Counted from the stretch's first letter, positions 51,609 through 64,000 are shown. The stretch: DNA of 64,000 nucleotides from Priapulus caudatus (GCF_000485595.1 NW_014577063.1:1065555-1129554); one strand, 5' to 3'. Numbers and translations: made by a program. Notes: generated from the sequence alone by a model not told the origin.

Positions 51609-52042
51609 TAACCTGCCCTAATGCTGCTGCCGCCACCTCTGTTGTCGTATTACCATGGTTACGTCGTGATGTCATCGCGCTGGTTGATTTTTGCGAGCGC
51701 CCGGGTTTGGTTATCGTGTATATAACATGTTTTCCTCAAACCGAACTCGAAAAATATTACATAGGGATTAGAATGCTCGAATGCGGATGAACGGAAAGGG
51801 AAATGGTACTATTCATGGATACCAAAACCTCTGTTCACACGACAAACGTTACACTGAAATATATCCGCGCAAATACCCGGTAGCGTTTAATTCGGTTAAT
51901 TCGTTAGAGCGTTTGCATGTCAACAATAGCTTATTGTTATAGTACGCGTCATGCATGGGTCCTGTTTCAGTCGGGGTAGCATTTAACAGAGCGAACTGGG
52001 TTAAAGTTGCCAACGCTAAGTGCAACCGTGTCACAGACCCAC

Positions 52043-52099
<57 letters not shown>

Positions 52100-52263
52100 T
52101 ATATATATATATACGTCTAGCGGTTCGCCTTCGACGGGTTATTCCCGATACATGGTGATTATTAGAGCGCAAGACATGCAGGACGTGCAGCGTATCACTG
52201 TGGTCGAGTTAGCATGACATCGCCTGTGAAGGTGTTGTTGTTGATGATGATGACGACGACGAC

Positions 52264-52297
<34 letters not shown>

Positions 52298-52336
52298 ATT
52301 ATTATTAAGTAATTATTATTATTATTGTGATGATAA

Positions 52337-52384
<48 letters not shown>

Positions 52385-53376
52385 GCAGTTGTTTTGCGTT
52401 CGCATCAGTTACCCGCTGGGTTCACGTTGTTTTACAGCCGCGCCATTAATTGTCATGCAGTCACATTGTCTTTGAGACGTTATATATATCAAACACTAAT
52501 TAATGACTCGATTCCACAGCTTGGTGCCAGCCCTCGGTAATGACATTCTACTGCCACTGAATACACGGAAAACAATCATATTTCTCTCGGTGACATGTTT
52601 ATGCATATATGGTATAGCAAGTAATATCAAGGTCATAATAAGTCAGTGAATGCCCCGGCTATGTGGTGAGCCTTTATATAGAAACGCGAATCTTTGCATA
52701 GTTACACTACATGGATTTCGAAAGAATTTTTAATTTGGTGATAATCGTTTATCGGCCTCTGATTGGTTACTGCGCCCCTAGTAGTCAATCAGGAACGACA
52801 CTGTGCCCCTCTCAGCGTGTTACCCTTAAAAGCAACAATATTTAACTAGTCAAGATCATCTTATAATAATAATATATAATAATAAAAAATATAAAAAATT
52901 AAATAAATAAATAATAATAATAATAAATCTCTCACATGGAAAAGTATCAAACATAATATTATAAATATAGAGCAGTAGACATATCTGGAGCAGTGCTCCG
53001 TCTTGAAGATTGTTGCTGTTTCAATTTGAACCATCACTCCAGAGTAGCGGCACAATAATAATTATGTTATGAAAAGACGCATTGAAACCTTCAGAATATC
53101 AAAAGCAGAATAGTAGATCTCATCCAATTTACGTAATAAATTTAATCAAGTACGAAATCCAATAACGTTAGTAACGTAATCAGCGTTAATATAATATACG
53201 TTATAAGAACCGTGGCTGTCTTCGGGCTTCGGGGGGCGTGCTACTAAAGCGGATAAGCAAACGAATGCTTTACTTATGTGCAAACACAGAACTTTTGATG
53301 AAGTAATGATATTTGCGTACTAGAAGTTTCTCTGATTTCCTACAGTGCCAGCGTTGGCATCTTAATTATTCATCAG

Positions 53377-54086
53377 GACCCGGTTCCACAGACGTGGATT
53401 AACTTTAACTCTGAGTTAAAGCTAACACTGAGTCAAACTCATTAACTCTGAGTTAGTAAACTCCGAGTTAAGTAAACTCCGAGTTAATCCTGAGTTAAGT
53501 AACTCAGAGTTATCCCATAATTCCACGTAGTTAGAACATACGAACATGATAGACGCATGATAGACGCACGCACATGGTAGAAGGTGTAATGAAAAAACGT
53601 TATAATGAAAACCGGCAGCGATAAATAAATGAGGGAAAATAATTTGCCGCGGGGATTGAACCCGCGACGTTCGCGTCATTTTTAACGTCATTTCGCGTCG
53701 ACGCTTTAACAGCTGCTGCTATTGCGAAATCGCTAAATATTTTACATTTTCCCGTGTTATCATAGTACGGATGCCGGGATCAGTGTCGGTATCAATTGCC
53801 GACCAATGTACAACAAACGTAAACAAACACCGTATGTTCCAGCGCCAGCGGGGGATCGGACACGCTTTAGTACTAGTATCCCAGAGCTAAACTAACTTCG
53901 TAGAAAATGCGTTTAATCTAGGTTCATACCAGAGTTAAATTTTAACTCAGAGTTAGACATATTTAGCTCAGAGTTAAAGTTAATCCACGACTGTGGAACG
54001 GAATTTAACTCTGAGTTAACTTTTAACTCAGAGTTAAGGAATTGAACTCAGAGTTAAGAGTTAATCCACGACTGTGGAACCGGGTC
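53377..54086. mobile_element. Harbinger-type non-autonomous element (710 bp)
   Basis: TIRs gacccggttccacag.cgtggattaact / agttaatccacgactgtggaaccgggtc with a CAG duplication. Many subterminal aactc(a/t)gagtt palindromes. Confidence 0.85.
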
Positions 54087-54439
54087 CAGGGTCCCATTAA
54101 CTGTCTAGCGATCACCTGTACTGTCAGTTGTGCACGTCCTGATTATAAAAAAAAAATTACACATTAATTTTAATTAATACATTTCATACACTCAGTAAAT
54201 TATCATAACATAAAATCTGTGAAAATTTGCAACATTCGCCTCCCCCGTAATGCCGCCGGTCGTAAGATCTCATGCATTATTCTCATGATTCGCTTAATTT
54301 ATTATGTATCGCATACACATTTGACTGTCTCGCCTGATTACCGACCATCCCCCACCCCCGTATAATTGCCGCGTCTTACGTGTGCGTGTGTGTATCACGC
54401 AACCTTAATGTCTGGCACGCGATAATTTTTGCCTTCTAG

Positions 54440-54639
54440 CGTTGCTGTACGCGTCGATATTCGGTAACGTGACGACGATTTTCCAACAACTCGGGGCGAC
54501 GACGGCCAGATATCACGAGATGCTGAACAGCATTCGTGAGTTCATGAAACTTCACGAGGTTCCGACGCAGCTAAGTGAACGCGTCCTTGACTACGTTGCT
54601 TCGACGTGGGCAGTCACGAAAGGAATAGATACGGAGAGG
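54440..54639 (+). CDS. eag: eag exon (distal S6 + C-linker): [41 protein letters not shown]...TKGIDTER
   Basis: ttctag|CG acceptor (phase 1) and AGG|gtaatt donor (phase 0). [15 protein letters not shown] motif. Confidence 0.96.
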
Positions 54640-55104
54640 GTAATTATTCCTTGTTATTCCTGCGGTTATTCCTTGTTATTCCCCATTATTCCTGCGGCAA
54701 GCAGCAGTCCGTGTTAGGTATACCCGGAAGAAAAGTACAGCTATAATGCCAGGCGTAAATACAAATAAATTCTAACTTAAACGAGTTTAATAACTTTCTT
54801 TTTATTCACTTTTGATAATACCGTATGGGGAATTAAATAGTAGTATATGGGTTAATTCGTGCCGAAGGATTTTAAGAGGTTTAAATGGATTTTAGAGGAA
54901 TTTTAAAGGGGGTTAAAGGGGTTTAAATGGATTTTAAAGGGGGTTAAAATTAACTTTTATTTCTGCTGCGTTTGTCCGCTATCCACTACTACGTACCTCA
55001 CAACACGCGGCAACGTTTACACGCAATACTGATTCCTGTCTGACGAAAAATAAATCGTGTTAAAACGTTGGACAGTGGTAAGCCGTTTGAATTTTCTTTC
55101 CAAG

Positions 55105-55357
55105 GTGTTGAGTTACTGCCCAAAGGACATGAAAGCCGACGTGTGCGTGCATTTAAATCGAAAGGTGTTCAACGAGTTGCCAGCTTTTCGACTGGCCAGC
55201 GACGGTTGCCTGCGTGCTCTTGCTATGCATTACACAACAGCACACAGCGCTCCAGGGGATCTGCTCTACCATACTGGAGAGAGCATAGACGCCTTGTGTT
55301 TCGTCGTATCCGGGTCATTAGAGGTCACGCAAGATGACGAAGTGACGGCCATTTTAG
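55105..55357 (+). CDS. eag: eag exon (C-linker/CNBHD N-half): [23 protein letters not shown]...[16 protein letters not shown]
   Basis: ttccaag| acceptor and TTAG|gtatgt donor. [16 protein letters not shown] and [14 protein letters not shown] are diagnostic for the eag (Kv10) subfamily rather than erg/elk. Confidence 0.97.
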
Positions 55358-55373
55358 GTATGTCACTCGTGTT

Positions 55374-55588
55374 CGGTGTCAATTTCCCCCAGGCGTAGAA
55401 GGAGGCAGCACTAATGTTAGGATTAGGGTTAGGGTCAGGGTTAGGGTTAAAGTTAGGGTCAAGGTTAGGGTTAAGGAAATAAGGCCATGTCTAGCATGGA
55501 AGTATGACTGTGCAATGACGGAAGTGTACGAAGTGACTAGTGCTGCGCTAGGGCACTCTCCCTCTACGCCCGGGGGAAAGTGACACCC
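55374..55588. mobile_element. Mutator-like MITE (215 bp) with internal TTAGGG-like repeats
   Basis: TIRs ggtgtcaatttcccccaggcgtaga / tctacgcccgggggaaagtgacacc. 9-bp direct repeat ACTCGTGTT at 55365-55373 and 55589-55597. Confidence 0.8.
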
Positions 55589-55623
55589 ACTCGTGTTTGT
55601 ACACCGTATCCGTGTAGCTGCAT

Positions 55624-55723
55624 GGGAAAGGGAAAGGCAAAGGCAAAGGCAAAGGCAAAGGCAAAGGGAAAGGGAAAGGGAAAGGGAAAGGGAAAGGGAA
55701 AGGGAAAGGGAAAGGGAAAGGGA
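55624..55723. repeat. (GGCAAA)n(GGGAAA)n hexamer repeat
   Basis: Seen directly. Confidence 0.9.
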
Positions 55724-56519
55724 ATCGCATTACTCAAAGTTCGGTTTACTGTTTTCGTTGTTGTCGTATACCACATCAACGTTGAGAATTTGTTTTTTTT
55801 TGGTTCATTCGAGAATTTACTCGCTTTTTGTCTATAGGCCCGTTTGTTGAAGTAGATCTCGCGTTGTTATTTATTTAAAGCAAACAATCTAGGCTGAAAC
55901 CTTGATACGTCGGTGTGTGGGTGATCATCACAAAGTCAAACACACTACAAAAATATTACTTTGTTTTTAAAACAGGTAATTCGATAATGCTTAAAGTCGG
56001 TAATTCTAGAGGATACCGTCATGTACAGAAATGTAGTCGCATGACCACACGTGCTTATGCAGTCGGGTGCACGCCCATGCATAACTGCCTGAAACTGTTG
56101 TTCTTGGCAATACAGCGCGTAGATCATGCACTATAGCCTCCTCCATGGTATGATAGAAATAACGGAGAGTAATGTAAATATATTGTGAATATTGGTGGAA
56201 TATTCTACCGAGGAGGCGTGGCGCAGCGGGATACCTCACATAATCGTGATTTCCATCAAGGAACGTAAATCAAACCCGGAAAACGCGGGCATAGAAGTGT
56301 GGGGCGAGAATGCCTAGAAATTCCGATGTTGCTGCATGGCTATGCTGTATGGCGTCGCAGTATGCGAGAGACACTCGCTTGATATATCTGAAGTTACTGC
56401 TGAAAGGCCACGTGTGTGTCATGTAGTAATACTAAGAAGGCGCAATAATACCAATATTAGAAACACGTGTATATGTCTTATGTCTGTCTGTCCGTCCGTT
56501 AGACTGTCAATTAATTCAT

Positions 56520-57840
56520 AAATCCATCCATTCACCCATCCACCCACCCATCTATCCATCCATCCATCTATCCATCCATCTATCCATCCATCCATCTATT
56601 CATCTATTCAATCCATCCATCCATCCATCCATCCATCCATCCATCCATCCATCCATCCATCCATCCATCCACCATTCATGCCATACCCTCATCATCCATC
56701 CATATCCATCCATCATCCATCGCATCCATCATCCATCCATCCATCCATCCATCCACCATCCATCCATGCCATCCATTCCATCCATCCATCCATCATCCTC
56801 CATCCATGAGCCTCCATCCATCTCCTCCATATCCATCCATCCATCCATCACATCATCCATCATCCATCCATCTGCCATCCATCCATCCATCCATCCATCC
56901 ATCCATCCATCATCCATCCATCCAATCCATCTCCATCCATCCATCCATCCATCCATCCATCCATCCATTCCATCCACCTCCATCCATCCATCCATGCCAT
57001 CCATCCATCCATCCATCCATCCATCCATCATCCATCCATCATGCCCATCCATCCATCCACCATCATCGCTCCATCGCATCTCATGCATCCATCCATCCAC
57101 CATCACACATCCATCCATCCCATCCACCTCCATCCATCCATCCATCCATCCATCCATCCATCCAATCATCATCCAATCCATCCATCCATCCACCATCCAT
57201 ACCATCTCATCCATCCATACATCCATACCATCCATCCATCCCCATCCACATCCGCTCCATCCATCCATCATACGCCATCCAATCCATCCATCCACTCCAT
57301 CCATCCATACCATCCATCCAATCCATCCATCATCCAATCCATCCATCCATCCATCATCCATCGCATCCATCGCATCCAGTCCATCCATCCATCATGGCCG
57401 CGAGCCCGCCTCGCCGCGCCCGCCGTCCGTCCGTTCCGTCCGTCCCGTCCGTCCATCCATCTCCGATCCATCCCATCCTCCATCCATCCATTCATCGCAT
57501 CCATCCAGCCATCCATCCACGCCACGACCACCCACCGACACCCACCCAATCCATCCATCCATCTCGATCCATCCATCGCATCATACCATTCCATGCCATC
57601 CATGCATCCATCCTCCATCCATCCATGCCATCATGCGCATCCATACCGATCCATCCAATGCATCCATTCCATCATCCATCATCCATCCATCCATGCCATT
57701 CCATCCATCCATACCATCCATCCAATCCATCCATCCATCCACTCCATCATCAGTTCCATCCATCCAGCATCCATCTCATGCCATCCATCATCCATCCATC
57801 CATCCATCCATACCATCCATCCATCGATGCCATCCATCCA
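56520..57840. repeat. (ATCC)n array
   Basis: Seen directly. Clean at the start and increasingly noisy. Confidence 0.9.
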
Positions 57841-60800
57841 TTCTATTTATGCCATTACTAATTCCCCAGAGTAACTGTATATATGCGACGTTACCAATGG
57901 ATTGACTTCAAGTCTTCTTGAACCTGGCCTAAACAATAAGCTAACCACAAAACACGACTGTCCATGGAACTTATCTTTGAAGTAATTCTCTCAAACTGTC
58001 TGGCGGCGTGGGTGGTAGTCGGGGAGGTGCGCAAGAGGGGGAGTAGTACGGTGTGGGGGTGGTTCGTCCTCGTGGCTTCCCTTTGCTTCTTCTTGGCGGT
58101 GCCATGTCCTTCCTCCCAATTGCCAACGAAATCCCCTTCCGGGTAAGCAATACGTGGAAAGGGAATACGACCTGCATGATAAACGCCTGCATGCTGTTGC
58201 GTTTGAGATATAGGTATGGAATAGTGACAGATTAGGAGGTTAAGGATAAAACGCGTTCAGCGGGTGCCAGCGACGTAGCGTGTTGAGTATGTTTATTTCT
58301 ACCTTTTACAAAAGACAATTCAATGACAGTCTCTGGTGTCTTTTTACTTGTGGGTTACGACTTATTGTGTCTAAGGGCAGTCCTCTAAAGTAACTTGCAA
58401 TGCTACAAAAAGTCGCAAAACTGATAAAATGCATGTCATAGCTATAAGTACCTGGAGTGATAAGTAATGCCCTGAATTGATTGAGATGGATGGATTGGAT
58501 GCGAATGTGAATGGATGGGGCATGGGACGGATGGATGGGTAATTGGAAAATGGGGATGGTAATTGGATGAGGACTCGGATTGTGAATGGCGCGATAGAGT
58601 GTTGAGAATCGCGTATACGCAGATAGGATTGATACTCGAAGTTTTTAGAAAGGTGCAATTGGCACCTAGGTGTGCGGCACATGATTGGAATTGTGATGTT
58701 GACGTGTGCTTTTTAGTGAAGATGGTGTATAATGTGCAAGACTGGGACTTGTTAAATATGGCTCGGCCGAATGCAGTTCAGGTGCGGCTAAATTTGCGAA
58801 GTAAGGGCGATATTTGTGTCATAGGCAGTCTTTATATCGGAGAGTTGATTTTTAGCTGCATGTTTCTTAATTGTGCAAATGTGAATTCGGTTAGTATGAT
58901 TAGGGTGGTGCGAGTGGAGGAGTGAACAGATAATCTCAGACGGGCACGAAAATTATATGTAATTTTTCTTTGGTTTAAGATTTTTTGGTGGTTTAATTAC
59001 CTTCTAGGTATATTGGATGGGGCTAATTTCTGGGTGGTTTTGGGGTGTGTCGTGGGGTTAGGTGTGAGATGTAGGGTGCGTGCTTGAGAGGGCCTGAAAT
59101 GGAAGTGGGATGGTATATCAGATCCTATGTGATGGACATGGTATTAGGATACGAGTGGTAGATCGGCACGAGGACTGAAGACTGAGGAGGGTAATCGGTG
59201 CTCGGGCGGTTTCTGGTGGGCGTAGGACAGTGAGGATAGTGTATGTAATATTTGGAAGTGGGGATATGGATGAGTTGTTTGGATTGGTGAGCCCTGTATG
59301 ATAGCACTGATATGGTGAGCAATGGTGGTGATATGGGCGATTCAGATGGAGACATGAGACTGCAGTATGCGTATGGAATGGATTTGTATCCTGTAGGAGT
59401 GGTGTATCGAGTATTCGGATAGGAATGGACTTTGGATTGGTATATGGATATTTTGACTCGGATAGATATGGTTAATGAGTGGCCTTGGTTGAAGAATGGC
59501 GTTATGGCGGATGAGAAGATATGGATTTAGAATATGGGATGAGAAGTTGGAAGTGAAGTGCTGGATTCAGTGTCGAGAGTATAGGAATCGAGAGTGGTGC
59601 TAGGATGGATTTAGAGTGGATGAAAGATGTGAATGGTAGGATTGGATAGGGCATGGGAGATGGGAATGGAATTGCACTGTGATGCGTAAGAGTAGGAAAA
59701 TGATGAGGATGCGGTGAAGTGGATATGGAGAGATAGGAGATAGACTAGGCGGCTGAATGAATATGCTTTGCCAATGAAAGGGAGCTATATGAGTATGAGA
59801 TGGATTCGTGAGTGAGGAATAGAAGACCAGTAAGTCAGATGCACTAGGACAGTGATAGGATCGAAATTATTCGTTGAAGAGAGTGGAAATGGAGACTGGT
59901 GGATGAGGATATATGAGGATGAGAGAAATGTGAGGCCCTCGTGGCACGGTGTGATCCGAGCGGGATGAGATATGCGCAGTGGACTTGCGTGATGGTATGA
60001 ATGAATAGAGGACTGGGAGCTTCTCGAATTAGCGAGTGAGCTGGTTGGTGCGTTTGCGGTGAGAGATATGGATTCGGTTGCAATTAATGCGATTTGCTCG
60101 AGGGATGGCATTGGTGATGTGCGGAGTCGCGAGTGCGTGGTAGAATCGGCGACATGGATCGAGCACGGGGCGGTAGAGCGCATTGACTGTGATTTTCCGT
60201 CGCCAAGCTCTGGAGGGCAGGTCGGGATTGGATGGAAATGATGGGAATCGTGACTCGTACTGTGATCGCGATGGTATGGATGGATTTGCTGGGATGCATC
60301 GGATCGTGCATTTGCACTGTATGGCTTTGCTATTTCTCGATGCGATGGTCTACTCGGTCTCATGCGTCATCTGGTACTTCGCTCTACTGGGATCGGATTG
60401 GCTACTCGATCTGTCTACGACTGTGCGATGATGGATTCTGGGCATTCGCGGTGCTTCGATCTGATTACGATGGTGATCAGATTCGGTATTAGCGATTGGA
60501 TTTATCATTATCACGTCTGCTCTCGTCACTTGAGATTGTGCGATAGTTGTGATTTGGTTTATACGGATATATATTTTTCGTGCTTGTGGGATGTGCTGCG
60601 GATCAAGTGCTCTGTCTTATGTACTTCGTGATTCTGGTCGCATTGTGATACCATTTCTGTAAGTTGTACTCTAGTTTCTCTTAACTCTTGGACTCTGGTC
60701 CATGTCCAGGCACGACTATAATTACCTATTATTATTATAGTAATCTTGTTTCTAAGCATCTTTGGTCATTTTCATGCGCCCTTCTTCTAGTATTACCTAC

Positions 60801-62334
60801 ATGAGCACAAGTCACACGTGGGCCTTTCAGGCAAGTACACGCTATCAGATATATCAAGTCGAGTGTCTCTCGGCATACTGGCGACGCCATTACACAGCAT
60901 AGTCCCATGGAGCAACATCGTGGACATTTCTCTAGGCATTCTCTCTCTCTCAAATCTTCTCTCTCTTTAATCTCTCGTCTCTCCCAGCATCTTTTCTATG
61001 CTGTTTCTCCTATTTCGTTTGCGCCTCCGGCTCTTCTTTATCCGGGTTGCGATTATCCTCACCTGTTCCCTCTTCGTACTGGAAAGTCATATAGTAGTTT
61101 ATTGCTTGCAGGTTCATTGCCCCGCGGTCATCTCGCTCCTCCCTCTCGGTATGACATTACTCCATCCAAATATTTCACTCTCATATATTCTTAACGATTA
61201 CTTCTCTTTCTAGATCTCTCTGTTATTTCTCTTTCGCTAGTGCATACATTGTGGCTATGGAGGCTATAAGCTGGTCATCTTCGATTCTACCGCCGCCTTG
61301 GTCATTGCCCAATGCATCAACCCTCATCCTCAGTCTTTCCAGGCAGCTGTATGACCCATGGGTCCGTGCCGCGACTTCGCCATTAAGTCACGGCTTGTGA
61401 GGTCTACTTTTCCGACCTATCACTTTCCTTTGTACATGACGGTATCCTCTCTCTCTCTACGTCGTCAAGATACCTTTTCTCTCTCCCGGCTCGCTACCTC
61501 TCAAGTATTATCGAATTTAACTCTGCTTTTTTAACTACTTTTCAACACCGCACCTACCTGAGTCCCCTTGTTGCGTGTGACGTGTCAATTTGGTGACAAT
61601 TTGCTGATGACTGCAACGAGCACACACGCGACGTACTATCAAGGAGTTTTACAGGCCTAGGAGTTGTCTTGGCTCTTAAGACTTAACACGTAGTCCAAAT
61701 AACCAACCGCGAGATCTCTCTGATCATACAACACTGCGGCGCTATAGGACAGCATAAGTAAACAAAGCGAGTAATTCTCAGAATGAGGTATAACAACATA
61801 ATTGAATCAAGACGAACGAGCAGCAGTGCTACAAGATAGGGAATTGCGCTGTCAATAAATTGTCGTGCTGGAGGGTATTACGGTGTTCCGTAAAGGCTGG
61901 TAATATGCGACAATCTCAAACGATAAACACATCCATGCTAATACCTAGATCTATTCGTGACGGTGTAACATCGTCCTCCGCTGCCCACAACTCACCAGCT
62001 TCTTTTGTTGCGCCGAAATTGCACTGCCTTGGCCTGTACGCCTTGAGCGCTCGTTTTCTGCACCGGCGCTCGGTGCATTACAGCGGGGTCGGCAGTGCTT
62101 CTCCACCCGTGGAGTTTACCGCGTTTTGCGATGCTTATTGATCAAGTGTTCGACTCTTTCCCTTTTCCTATTTGCCTTTTGGACTTTGTTTTTTGCTTTT
62201 GCTTTTGTGTACCTTTATAGTGAACACACTTGTTTGTCTTCGCTAAATACGTCATCTTGACACATCTGTTATTCTCGGATTTATGATCGATTACTTAATG
62301 TGTAATGTGTTTTGTAACTTCGCATCCTGTGCAG

Positions 62335-62597
62335 GTAAGAGGCGACGTTGATTTCTCGGGAGACTAGTCTAGACAGAGGGCACGGAGGCGTACGCTGCGT
62401 GTCCCTGTACTTCCCTGTGGCCAATGCTCCGCGGCGCTTGACGTCGGTGGTGAGCTGTTAACATGAGATAGAAAAGGAGATGGCTCCTGCTGCAGTGCCT
62501 AGTATTTGTTATCACTCGTTCCTTCAAACTCGTTTCGGATCGAAAATATACTACAGCGCGAGAGTTCTAAGCATACCACTTGCTAGCAGTCACGGCT
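62335..62597 (+). CDS. eag: eag exon (CNBHD C-half, GKGDVFGD...ANVRALT...NSFARN...), corrupted by sequencing errors; end approximate
   Basis: gtgcag|gtaag(a)ggcgacgtt reads (G)KGDV in the expected phase 1. Later fragments gccaatg..cg.gcgcttgacg and tatcactcgtt..tcaaactcgtttc follow the expected order, with many inserted bases. Confidence 0.7.
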
Positions 62598-63492
62598 GTA
62601 GGTAGTATATATACTGAATAACTCACTCTATTCTATGACTTGAGACGTGCAGACGCGCACAGCTGCAGACACGCTACTGCCAACACAGCATACTTCCATG
62701 CTAACCATGGCCCTTATTTCCCTAACAGCCACGCCGTAAATCGATGCTCCCTCATTTTACGGCAACGCCCTGCACTAATAAAGTCAACTACTTACGACCC
62801 AGTACGACGCGACACACTGCAGGACCACCAACAACACCACACACATACACCACACACACAACACACTACACACACACTAAACAAACACACACACATCACT
62901 AAGCCACACGACACTATCACGACCGCACACACGACACACTACACTCACCATTCTTACGGCACACACACACCACGTCACACACACACACCAGCACAGCACA
63001 CACGACACACACCATCGAGCACAGTACGAGACCAATACTTATGAAATAATACACCGTATATATTATATATGATAGAAAACACGAAAAAGTGACATGAACG
63101 CTAAAAATTATGAGCTCCGAGGCATATATACCATAGTTCGAAATCGTCTGCAGTGAGTGGGTAATCTCAGCGGTGTGAGTCACATATGCACGATCGAATC
63201 CGTGCTCTAAATTAGAAAAGCGAGGAAGCGCATAAACAAGCGCTCTCGCCGTATCGTAATTAATTATCCTCGATCGAAAGACCAATATATCCATAGTGCA
63301 CTGTCTTACATGGCACTTGCGCTCACGCTCAGCAATGATCTAATTGCTATAGTAGGGCTAGACAGTCGCCATCTTCCAAGTGACAATGCCGTTCGATTAG
63401 TTGATGCAAGTGATCTTCCCGGAGTGTGAACATGCTAAGTGACAGCGTGTGCTTGTGTAGTCGTTGGTTCTGGTTTCCTTGCTTCGCCGCAG

Positions 63493-63700
63493 CTCGTGAT
63501 GTTTTCGAAGAGCGGATCGCGAACGGTCCTGAAGCAAGAACGGCGCAAGCTAGAGACGGAGGGCAGAGCACTGCAAGAGGGATCAGCTGGCGGACTCGCA
63601 TCCGGCAGCTCGAAAGCATGAGGGACTCGTCATTCGTATACGCTGCGACAGACTTTTTCTTTCATGCGTTCTCGATGAATAGTGATGCAAGCATGGCGAC
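63493..63700 (+). CDS. eag: eag post-CNBHD exon (LVFRKIADVKQER-like), corrupted; 3' end not definable
   Basis: ccgcag|ctcgtg..tttcgaag..atcgcg..gaagcaagaacg resembles the conserved LIFRK.ADVK.E motif that follows the CNBHD, with insertions. Confidence 0.55.
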
Positions 63701-64000
63701 GACACACGCGCTTCAATCCGACGATGCAACAGGCTTTCCTGGTCCTTTGGCAGTAACGGCACAACGTGACTCTAAAACGACTCGCTCTGAGAAAGGAAAA
63801 ATTGGAGACGCGGACTTTTACGGACTAGTTCGCACGACAGCGTTTTAATAAGCCCGCCGCGAGGGGCATGGCTCGACAGTCCGAAGATCACGGTCGTCAC
63901 CTTCTCGTCCATGTGTCGGGAAGACTTCTGGCTGCTGGTATACAGGAAACTCAAGTATTGGCCGATGTACTCCCAACCCCAAGGAAGTACGTCGCGATGT

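Noticed and set aside
51690..51780. Second GFG (LRAPGFGYRV) in the same intron
   Set aside because: No similarity to the eag pore helix or S6, and no suitable splice sites.
53204..53323. GGC TTC GGG (GFG) as a candidate pore exon
   Set aside because: The context is EPWLSSGFGGRATK with an in-frame TAA just upstream. There is no YFT/TSV pore helix and no matching S6.
55417..55476. Telomere or chromosome-fusion scar
   Set aside because: The tract is short, degenerate and enclosed by TIRs and a 9-bp TSD, so it is part of a MITE.
61110..61260. PPSRY..KYFTL peptide resembling the pore-helix start
   Set aside because: It lies downstream of the CNBHD exon (wrong order), in very noisy sequence, with no following SVGFGN.
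62335..64000. eag as a frameshifted pseudogene
   Set aside because: Disruptions occur only where all surrounding sequence is noisy. The nine exons in cleaner sequence are intact and in phase.

Overview
Microsatellite-rich animal genomic DNA (invertebrate, plausibly lophotrochozoan; this is an inference) from a mixed-quality draft assembly. The only real protein-coding gene I can support is a large multi-exon ether-a-go-go (eag/Kv10, KCNH1/5-type) potassium channel on the + strand. It starts at 16057 and runs off the right end. Nine clean exons join in frame with GT-AG boundaries and give the eag/PAS domain, S1-S5, distal S6, the C-linker and the first half of the CNBHD. Two further exons (~62335, ~63493) are recognisable through heavy sequencing noise. 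The segment that should encode the pore helix, the GFG selectivity filter and proximal S6 cannot be found, yet the exons on either side would still splice in frame. The introns carry several non-autonomous DNA transposons with visible TIRs/TSDs (Harbinger-, Kolobok- and Mutator-type), minisatellites and long microsatellites. Two multi-kb tandem duplications, a poly-A block and the last ~6-7 kb look like long-read or gap-filling artefacts. Most ORFs in the supplied track are translations of simple repeats.
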